From: Promethearchaeati archaeon SRVP18_Atabeyarchaeia-1
Lineage (GTDB): Archaea; Asgardarchaeota; Atabeyarchaeia; Atabeyarchaeales; Atabeyarchaeaceae
Direction of reading: 5' to 3'
DNA: 64,000 nucleotides
Assembly: GCA_037308085.1 (NCBI GenBank)
Contig: CP147779.1
Span: 1,664,001-1,728,000 of the forward strand
Part shown: piece by piece, positions 27,654-35,300 of the stretch
Numbering within the stretch: position 1 is the first letter of the stretch
How the letters are laid out: each line of letters opens with the position of its first letter
The notes under the pieces: model-generated
Seen by the model: the letters and a program-made list of their open reading frames with translations, nothing else
The model's database searches: none
What the model was told of the DNA's origin: nothing
Position numbers and translations under genes: made by a program

Positions 27654-29072
27654 ATGGCGAAAAGGGTTGAGGCACCAAAGGCGAAGAAGATCAAGATGAG
27701 GGTTCCTATGCCTGAACAAGATCCAAAGGAGAGAATCAAGGGCTTCAGTGAAGTAGCGCTGGGGTACAGCGAGAATGATGCTCTTGAAGAGGCAAGTCGA
27801 TGCCTGCAGTGCAAGGACAAACCATGCTGCACCGGTTGCCCCGTCAACATAGATATTCCTGGGTTTATCAAGCTCGTAAAGGAGAAGAAATACGGGGAAG
27901 CAATAGCTGTGGTAAAGGAGCAGAACAGTCTCCCCGCGATATGTGGGCGCGTCTGCCCTCAAGAGGTGCAATGCGAGAAGGTGTGCACGCTAGCCAAGGT
28001 GAAGCAACCCATAGCCATAGGAAGACTTGAAAGGTTCGTGGCAGACTACGAGAGAGAGAAGCTGGGAGTCAAGGTCCCCAGACTGCCAAATCCCACAGGG
28101 AAGAGAGTGGCAATAATAGGCTCAGGGCCAGCTGGTCTAACGGCAGCAGGCGAGCTTGTCAAGATGGGGCACTCTGTCAAGATTTTTGAATCGCTTCATG
28201 TTCCGGGCGGAGTACTCATGTACGGTATTCCGGAGTTCAGGCTGCCAAAGGCGATCGTTCAATCGGAAGTCGAGTATGTCAAGAAACTTGGCGCGGAACT
28301 CGAGGTAAACGTGCTAGTTGGAAGAACTTACACGATCGATGAACTCTTTGCCGAGGGGTACGACGCAATCTTCGTCGGTAGCGGAGCTGGGCTACCAGAC
28401 TTCCTGGGTATTCCAGGAGAGAACTCCATGGGGGTTTACTCTTCAAACGAGTTCCTCACGAGAATCAACTTGATGAAGGCCTACCTATTTCCCAAGTATG
28501 ACACACCTATCAGGGTCGGAAAACGCGTTGTAGTCATAGGTGGAAGCAATACCGCCATGGACTCTACCCGCTGCGCATTAAGGTTCAAGGCTGAAAAAGT
28601 AACGATTGTGTACAGGCGAAGCGAAGAAGAAATGCCTGCCCGAAAGGAAGAAGTTGAGAGGGCCAAGGAAGAAGGAGTAGAATTCATGTTACTGACGAAC
28701 CCCACTAGGATCATCCCCGATGAGAAGGGCTTCGTCAAACAGGTTGAGTGCGTCAAGATGCAACTCGGCGAGCCCGACGCATCGGGAAGGCGCAGACCCA
28801 TCAAGATACCTGGATCCGAGTTCAAGATCGATGCCGACACGGTCGTGATAGCGATTGGTCAAAGCCCCAATCCATTGGTACGCCAGACTACGAGCGGGCT
28901 TGAAGCGAACGACATAGGAGCGCTAGTCGTGAACCCTGACACATTGGAGACGACTAGAAAGGGAGTTTTCGCTGGTGGAGACATAATCAGCGGAGGCGCG
29001 ACAGTCATTAGAGCAATGGGAGAAGGAAAGAAAGCAGCCAAAGCCATAGATGCCTACCTGAAGAGCAGGTAG
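27654..29072 (+). CDS. nfnB: Electron-bifurcating transhydrogenase large subunit (NfnB/SudA; GltD-like)
   Basis: RCLQC..C..GCP, CGRVCPQE.QCE, GSGPAG, YGIPEFRLPK, FAGGDI. Confidence 0.88.
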   Translation: MAKRVEAPKAKKIKMRVPMPEQDPKERIKGFSEVALGYSENDALEEASRCLQCKDKPCCTGCPVNIDIPGFIKLVKEKKYGEAIAVVKEQNSLPAICGRVCPQEVQCEKVCTLAKVKQPIAIGRLERFVADYEREKLGVKVPRLPNPTGKRVAIIGSGPAGLTAAGELVKMGHSVKIFESLHVPGGVLMYGIPEFRLPKAIVQSEVEYVKKLGAELEVNVLVGRTYTIDELFAEGYDAIFVGSGAGLPDFLGIPGENSMGVYSSNEFLTRINLMKAYLFPKYDTPIRVGKRVVVIGGSNTAMDSTRCALRFKAEKVTIVYRRSEEEMPARKEEVERAKEEGVEFMLLTNPTRIIPDEKGFVKQVECVKMQLGEPDASGRRRPIKIPGSEFKIDADTVVIAIGQSPNPLVRQTTSGLEANDIGALVVNPDTLETTRKGVFAGGDIISGGATVIRAMGEGKKAAKAIDAYLKSR

Positions 29073-29205
29073 CCAGTTTAAGATTCTTCTCTCATGGTAC
29101 CCTTCCTCTTATTCTCTTTTTCAATCCTGCAAAACTCTTATATATGGCATCTCTCGACTACCGATATGTAAGAATAAGCATATCGGGTAAGTCAAAGCGG
29201 TTTGG

Positions 29206-30330
29206 GTGACCCAGTTGCAAGACAGAGACAAAATGATAGCCATCATTCTGATCGCGATAGTCGGTACAAGCATTGGAATAGGCGTAATCGTGCTGACTCC
29301 TAGGACAACTCTGACAATCCAGACAACAACCAGCTTGAATGACACAGGCCTCTTGGACCTACTCAAGCCTGCATTTGAAGCCAAATACACGGTGAACATG
29401 AGGTGGATAGCAGTCGGAACAGGACAAGCACTAGCCAATGCGGCTTTGGGTGAAGCTGATATGGTTATGGTTCATTCACCAAGCAACGAGTACTGGTTCA
29501 TCAACCACACTAATCCAGCCCAGACAAATGCCAAGAATTCAATCACTTATGCAGGGATTGGGATTATGAGGATCAACTTTGCCTACAACTACTTCGTTAT
29601 AGTTGGGCCCATATCGGATCCCCTGCATATCCACGGCAATAGCACACTCATGAACGACGCGACAGGAATGTTCCGGAGGATCTACACATTTGGAAGCAAC
29701 CACACTCAGGGGGTCCTGTTCGAATCGCGCGGAGACAACTCGGGGACATTTACGAAGGAAACCTCCTTTTGGAAAGCGCTGAAAGTGTGGAACAGTACTA
29801 CGGGTTCCTCTACCCCTTACGGTTGGATAAAGAATGAGCCAAAACCCAGCACCTGGTACGAGCAGACTGGGCAAGGCATGGGAGCGACCTTGACAATAGC
29901 CAACCAGAAACTGGCGTATACCATAACCGACTACGGAACATGGCTGAAGATGAGAAGTGGGCTTACAGGCTTGAAGGTCGTTAGCAATCTAACCTGCCCC
30001 GCTCTAAAGAACATCTACTCGGTAATAGCAGTGGACCCGATGGTAGTCCCAAGTGCCAACTTTGACCTAGCTAGAAAATTCATATACTTCATGGCCACGG
30101 AGGGAGAGAACATCCTCGGAAACTACACTATCGACGGGGAGCAGGTATTCAACAGGTACCTCAACTACACTGGTACGAGTCCCACAGGTAGTTCCTTGGA
30201 CGATGTCTACAATGGAACTTTCGGCACGAACTTGTCAACTCCGGGCTTCATGCCCGTTTCCAGTCCCGCAGCTTCTGGTGTGAGCATCGAGTTGCGTTCG
30301 CCCACCCCTTGGCAGCGTGAGATCCTTTGA
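29206..30330 (+). CDS. tupA: Tungstate ABC transporter substrate-binding protein
   Basis: TTTSLNDTGLL, AVGTGQAL, SRGDNSGT, TGQGMG motifs; N-terminal anchor. Confidence 0.9.
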   Translation: MTQLQDRDKMIAIILIAIVGTSIGIGVIVLTPRTTLTIQTTTSLNDTGLLDLLKPAFEAKYTVNMRWIAVGTGQALANAALGEADMVMVHSPSNEYWFINHTNPAQTNAKNSITYAGIGIMRINFAYNYFVIVGPISDPLHIHGNSTLMNDATGMFRRIYTFGSNHTQGVLFESRGDNSGTFTKETSFWKALKVWNSTTGSSTPYGWIKNEPKPSTWYEQTGQGMGATLTIANQKLAYTITDYGTWLKMRSGLTGLKVVSNLTCPALKNIYSVIAVDPMVVPSANFDLARKFIYFMATEGENILGNYTIDGEQVFNRYLNYTGTSPTGSSLDDVYNGTFGTNLSTPGFMPVSSPAASGVSIELRSPTPWQREIL

Positions 30331-30433
30331 TGGCAAACTCTTCTGGCAATGTTACACCGTGGGCTTATGGCCTTCGGGCCAACCCCACTTTTCTAGTTAG
30401 CTATAAAAAAGGGTAGATCCAGTCAGATAGGCG

Positions 30434-31243
30434 GTGACTCGTGGAGATATGGTCGGCATTCTCGATGGTTTTCTTCAGGCTTTAGGCCTCCTAGTCTCAT
30501 TCAACAGTGAGATCTATGGAATCATGTTTCTTTCATTATTCGTGTCTGGAATGGCAACGATAATCGCGTCGCTCATGGGTGTTCCCCTCGGTGCCCTTAT
30601 CTCTTTAAAGCGTTTTCGCGGCAAAGAGCTTGTCAAGACCATGACCTACACTCTTATGGGATTACCTCCGGTTGTAGCTGGGCTCGTTATTTTCCTTATC
30701 TTTGTTAGGATTGGTCCTCTTGGAATGTTTGGTTTGCTCTATACGCCCGTTGTCATGATTATCGCCCAAATTACTCTTGCGACACCCATTATCGTTGGCG
30801 TCACAATATCTGCCGTCTCAAGCGTTCCCAAGGACGTTAGGGATACAGCGCTTTCCCTTGGGGCGACCGAGTGGCAATCCACGTTCACCATCCTGAAGGA
30901 GGCAAGGATTGGTCTAATCACGGCCATCATCACTGGTTTTGGAAGCTGCATATCTGAGGTTGGCGCCGTCATGATCGTGGGAGGCAACATCAGGTATGAG
31001 ACTAGAGTCTTGACAACCAGCATAATGACGTCGACGGGCATGGGGGACTTCGGATATGCCTTGGCCCTCGGAATAATACTTCTGGTACTAGCATTCGCAG
31101 TTAATGTACCCCTCGTCAGACTGCAAAGGAGACATTCGTCTGAAGCCTATGTTTCCACAAAGCATGTTGCGCGAGCTCCAGGAAGGAGGCGAAGGCGCCC
31201 GAATCTTGGAGATGAAGTCGCATCCATGGAGGAGGAGAAATAG
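30434..31243 (+). CDS. tupB: Tungstate ABC transporter permease
   Basis: LMGLPPVVAGL, SEVGAVMIVGGNI, TRVLTT. Confidence 0.92.
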   Translation: MTRGDMVGILDGFLQALGLLVSFNSEIYGIMFLSLFVSGMATIIASLMGVPLGALISLKRFRGKELVKTMTYTLMGLPPVVAGLVIFLIFVRIGPLGMFGLLYTPVVMIIAQITLATPIIVGVTISAVSSVPKDVRDTALSLGATEWQSTFTILKEARIGLITAIITGFGSCISEVGAVMIVGGNIRYETRVLTTSIMTSTGMGDFGYALALGIILLVLAFAVNVPLVRLQRRHSSEAYVSTKHVARAPGRRRRRPNLGDEVASMEEEK

Positions 31244-31260
31244 CGAAACCGGAAAAGAAT

Positions 31261-32010
31261 GTGGGTAACATGAAACCTGTGATTGAAGTAGAGGATCTCA
31301 CGAAGACGTTCGACGGTGTAACACAGGTACTGGACAGCATCTCTTTCCAAGTCACTAAGGGAGAGACGTTCGTTGTGATAGGCCCAAGTGGCTCAGGAAA
31401 AACAACGCTACTCCGCTTGATGGACCTGCTGGACTACCCAAGCCGTGGGAAACTCCTATTCAAAGGCAAGAACACGACCACACTCAAGAAACCTGATAGG
31501 CTCGAGATCCGAAGGCGAATAGGAATGGTCTTCCAGTCAACAGTACTCTTCGACACGGATGTCTACACTAATGTTGCATACGGGTTGAGTATACGCAACA
31601 TTCCGCAGGGAAGGCGACGGGAACTCGTCACCAAAGCGCTGCAGACAGTCGGGCTCATAGGATTTGAAAAACGCTATGCGAAGACCCTCTCAGGAGGAGA
31701 GGCCCAGAGGGTCGCCATCGCAAGGATGCTGGCATACGAACCAGAGCTCATCCTTCTGGACGAACCGACAGCCAATCTGGATCCGACTAGCACATCCACT
31801 GTCGAAAAAGCAATACAAGAAGTGAAGAAGACGTACGATGCTACGGTTATGATTGCAACTCACAACATGTTCCAAGCAAGAAGACTAGGAGAAAGGGTTG
31901 CTCTTCTCCTGAACGGCAAGTTCGTTGAGGTATGCGATCCTGAGACAATGTTTACAAACCCAAAGGAGCCGGTCACAAGGGCCTTCGTAAAGGGAGAGTT
32001 GGTCTATTGA
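31261..32010 (+). CDS. tupC: Tungstate ABC transporter ATP-binding protein
   Basis: GPSGSGKTT, LSGGEAQR, LLDEPTANLDP; operon with tupAB. Confidence 0.88.
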   Translation: MGNMKPVIEVEDLTKTFDGVTQVLDSISFQVTKGETFVVIGPSGSGKTTLLRLMDLLDYPSRGKLLFKGKNTTTLKKPDRLEIRRRIGMVFQSTVLFDTDVYTNVAYGLSIRNIPQGRRRELVTKALQTVGLIGFEKRYAKTLSGGEAQRVAIARMLAYEPELILLDEPTANLDPTSTSTVEKAIQEVKKTYDATVMIATHNMFQARRLGERVALLLNGKFVEVCDPETMFTNPKEPVTRAFVKGELVY

Positions 32011-32186
32011 CGGCGCCTCCGACTCTATGACCATGCTGCTCTCTATCAAGCGCTTCTAACGGTAGTTGCGACAATGAACATCCATCCAAGGGTCTTGGAG
32101 TCCGGGACGCAAAAGCCATAAATATCGGAACCAATATAGACAAACAAACAATTCAAAAAGAGAGAAATCAAAGGGGAGAACAACAA

Positions 32187-32546
32187 ATGGCAGACATCTA
32201 CACTTTCCTGATGAGCCTACTCCTAAACCCGATGTTTCTAATCGTGTTCTTGGTCGCTATTATTCTAATAAGTCTAGTGCTGTCCACCTTGTTCCTTATG
32301 CTAGGTCTCGGCGCAGTTGGAGGCAAGAACAGGGAATTCGGCTCAGTCTTCGTGACTGCCCTAATTGGTTCCGTTCTCGGATGGATACCATGCGTCGGCT
32401 GCATACTCTACTGGTACATGATAAAGACACGCCATGAGACTAGCTGGGGAGGCGCCATAGCCGCTTGGCTGCTTGCGGGACTAATACCATTGGCCATTGC
32501 CATCGCCATATTCTGGCTTGTCCTGTTGCCATTCGTCGCACTCTAG
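32187..32546 (+). CDS. Small hypothetical membrane protein
   Basis: 3-4 hydrophobic segments; TATA-like ATAAATA and GGGGAG upstream. Confidence 0.7.
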   Translation: MADIYTFLMSLLLNPMFLIVFLVAIILISLVLSTLFLMLGLGAVGGKNREFGSVFVTALIGSVLGWIPCVGCILYWYMIKTRHETSWGGAIAAWLLAGLIPLAIAIAIFWLVLLPFVAL

Positions 32547-32779
32547 TATGGGCCCAGTCGTATTGAAGAATCACGAAGGGGAGGCAAAATCCCCTTTCCG
32601 ACCCTTTTTTCCTCAAACCACTGACCTCGGCGGGCGAACCCTCTTCTTCACGCCTCAAGGTCGTTAGGGATGCCTGCGTTAATAGCCAACAACTGATTTG
32701 AGCTATCGACTGCAGTACGAGCAAATATTAATCACCCAGTACTACCGCACTAGTAATGGAATAGCATGTTGGCGGGGCG

Positions 32780-33361
32780 ATGCGCACTTTGAAGCTGCAA
32801 TTGAGGCGTGCAGTGTTTCATCCACTGAAATTTCTTAGGTCTCTGGGTCCTTTCGCGCTTGCGCATCATCCTGGTTGCGAGCAATTCGCGAATCACTCCC
32901 TTAGACTTAGGAATCACCGTTTCTGCATTGGATGCTTCATAGGCTACCCTGCGTTCATTGCGTCGATAGTCATTCTCTGGATCTCATCATTCCTTTTTGG
33001 CATAGGCTTTGGCTTCATTGAAGCGATTATTGTTGGAATCGCCTTCGAATCAGCAACAATAATAGTCAAGGCGCTCCATGCCGGGGAATCGGCTCATGCC
33101 AAGATCGCCGTGAAAAGCTCTCAGGGAGTAGGGCTTGGATTCATATTCTATCCCTTCCTCATGTTGCAGGCGCCCATCATCTTCAAGGTGTACATTCTAT
33201 TCATTATATGGTCTGCTTTCAACCTGATCATAGGCGCGGTAAGGCTGTACGAGACTGGGAGGACATGCGAGGCGTGCGAGTACAAGTCGAGGTGGAGTAA
33301 GTGCCCAGGCTTCAGGGAGACTGTGAAAAGACTCCGCAGCTCAGGGTTCATAACCGACTAG
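32780..33361 (+). CDS. Hypothetical membrane protein with His/Cys clusters
   Basis: HHPGC...FCIGC, four TM segments, CEAC...CPG. Confidence 0.7.
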   Translation: MRTLKLQLRRAVFHPLKFLRSLGPFALAHHPGCEQFANHSLRLRNHRFCIGCFIGYPAFIASIVILWISSFLFGIGFGFIEAIIVGIAFESATIIVKALHAGESAHAKIAVKSSQGVGLGFIFYPFLMLQAPIIFKVYILFIIWSAFNLIIGAVRLYETGRTCEACEYKSRWSKCPGFRETVKRLRSSGFITD

Positions 33362-33570
33362 AGCTGGCCCAGAAGTCAGGATCTCAAGATCGCGTTTCCA
33401 GTTATTCAGGACTATCGGGGGTGCCGTTGTGAGTGGTTCCCTTATTCTCCAGTCAGGTTGCTGAAAAATGGTACCCTTAAATACGGGAGAGTACCCTCAA
33501 TAATATGAGGGGGGAGGGGGTTCCCCCTTTAAAAGAGCCACCCGCCCCCATTTTCTATTTTGTGGAGCTC

Positions 33571-34831
33571 CGCTCAGTTAACTCTTCGGGTGATAGTTGG
33601 TGCCGTTAGCTTCTCGGCCGTATGGCGGCTTTATTAGCCGAAGTAGCCCCTTTTTCGGGTATGCAAGCTGTCAAAGCAGTCAAGCAGAGCTACACGCCAC
33701 CAACCGAACTACTCAACCTCCTAGACGAGTTTAGAAGAATGGTGAATGACTGCATACGGATTGGCTTAGCTGAAAATGCCACTTCGATGAAGGCGCTCTC
33801 AAAGAAGGCATACCATGAACTCGCAGGATGCGACGCGCCAACCTACTACCGCCTGACGGCGATCAGCAAAGCCACCGGAATCCTCCGGAACTACAGGCAC
33901 GCGCTGAGAAAACAGCCCAAGGCGAAGAGACCGCACGCGGCTAAGCTCATGCTCACCGACTGCTACGGCTTCAGGATAATCAGCGGCGAGCTCAGACTCC
34001 CCATAAGGGCAAAAGAGTACGTATACATCCCGCTGAACGCCTACACACTGCGGTCCATTGAGGGCTGGACCGTGCGTTCAGTCTGCCTGACCACCTCCGC
34101 CGTATCCCTGACTTTCTCCAGGGAGGTTGATCAGGTTGAGCCTGCGGGGCTAATCGGGATAGACCGCAACCTCGACAACGTAACCATTGCGTCCTCAGAT
34201 GGAGATGCGAAGAGGTATGACCTCTCGAGGGTAACTGAGATCAAGGAGAACTGCAGGCAGGCTAAGCGGGGCTTCAAGCGGAACGATTGCCGCGTCAGGG
34301 GGCAGCTCTACTCCAAGTATGGGCGAATCCAGAGGAGCAAGGTAAATTGGGTACTGCACAACGCTTCTGCTGATATAGTGAAGCGGGCGAAGGAGAAGCG
34401 GTTCGGCATAGTCATGGAGGACATTAGGGGCATCCGAAAACTCTACAGGAGGGGAAACTGGCAGGGCAGGGACTACAGAGCAAGGATGAACGGCTGGAGC
34501 TACGCCGAGCTGCAACGGCAAATAGAGTATAAGGCACGCTGGGAAGGTATCCCAGTGTTTTATGTTAACCCATCCAAGACTTCCTCACTCTGCGCGACAT
34601 GTGGTTCACCAATAACCGAATGCGCGGGGAGGAAGGTCTACTGTCCAAGATGCTGCAGCAGGCTCGTGGACAGGGATGAGAACGCGGCTTTGAACATCGT
34701 CGGCGCAGGGCTGCGGTTCGGCCTGAAGGGAGTGGCAGGTGAAGCGGTGAAGGGGAACCCTGAACGCGGAAAGGTAATCCCCGGAGCAGATGCCACCCAG
34801 CTAACTCATCACCCGAAGAGTTAACAGAACC
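33571..34831 (+). mobile_element. 1,261-bp tnpB-carrying non-autonomous element with 24-bp terminal inverted repeats and 8-bp flanking direct repeat
   Basis: Left end CGCTCAGTTAACTCTTCGGGTGAT (33571-33594) vs reverse complement of right end GGTTCTGTTAACTCTTCGGGTGAT (34808-34831), 21/24 identical. TGGAGCTC at 33563-33570 and 34832-34839 abuts both ends. Confidence 0.85.
33661..34824 (+). CDS. tnpB: RNA-guided endonuclease TnpB (IS605 OrfB/Cas12f-like)
   Basis: RuvC-I GIDRN, RuvC-II VMEDI, QIEYKA, zinc finger CATC...CPRC, RuvC-III DRDENAALNI; likely start ATG 33661. Confidence 0.93.
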   Translation: MQAVKAVKQSYTPPTELLNLLDEFRRMVNDCIRIGLAENATSMKALSKKAYHELAGCDAPTYYRLTAISKATGILRNYRHALRKQPKAKRPHAAKLMLTDCYGFRIISGELRLPIRAKEYVYIPLNAYTLRSIEGWTVRSVCLTTSAVSLTFSREVDQVEPAGLIGIDRNLDNVTIASSDGDAKRYDLSRVTEIKENCRQAKRGFKRNDCRVRGQLYSKYGRIQRSKVNWVLHNASADIVKRAKEKRFGIVMEDIRGIRKLYRRGNWQGRDYRARMNGWSYAELQRQIEYKARWEGIPVFYVNPSKTSSLCATCGSPITECAGRKVYCPRCCSRLVDRDENAALNIVGAGLRFGLKGVAGEAVKGNPERGKVIPGADATQLTHHPKS

Positions 34832-34963
34832 TGGAGCTCTCTTTCTGGTGCAACCGCTGTTTTGCTGCGGTCGGTATTCTGGCAAGAGAAGAGAGCGCGG
34901 TATCATTATTCAGCTCATCTGATTTTGGTGGGAGCCCTAATCTGCCAGCTTTTGGGAGGATCA

Positions 34964-35197
34964 TCAACGTCGGCTGTAGCTTGTGGCTAATGTAACGAAA
35001 ACCAGCATTAGGGAGGCTATGGCGAGCACTGCCAGTCCCGAGACCCCGACCTGCAGTGCGAAGAGCGTCACAAACATCAAAGCTCCGAGAGATCCGAGCA
35101 GGGTAACTAGGGTCACCGCTACTAGCCTTCTCATATACTGTCTTATCGCCAGCCTGTAGTTGTATGATACGTTCGCGTCAGCCAAGTTTAGCGCCAC
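34964..35197 (-). CDS. Small membrane protein (2 TM)
   Basis: 77-aa hydrophobic ORF, GTG start preceded by GAGGT, divergent from the helicase. Confidence 0.55.
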   Translation of the reverse strand: MALNLADANVSYNYRLAIRQYMRRLVAVTLVTLLGSLGALMFVTLFALQVGVSGLAVLAIASLMLVFVTLATSYSRR

Positions 35198-35300
35198 AAC
35201 CTCAAATCACTCAAGAAGAACTCGCCAAACTATTTATCGCAATCTGATAATTGTAGATTGAATCAAGAGGAAATCCAAAGAATAACGCAGTGGATTCCGG

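Noticed and set aside
27654-29072. Glutamate synthase call
   Set aside because: No large subunit nearby, and pairing with an NfnA/SudB-type gene indicates NfnAB/SudAB.
33563-34839. Bulge-helix-bulge intron formed by the paired ends of the tnpB element
   Set aside because: The internal loop is 5 nt vs 7 nt (GCUCA / AGAACCU) and does not give the 3-4-3 BHB geometry; TIR plus target duplication explains the pattern better.
34825-35300. CRISPR array next to tnpB (Cas12f-type locus)
   Set aside because: No tandem repeat-spacer units seen here or elsewhere in the window.
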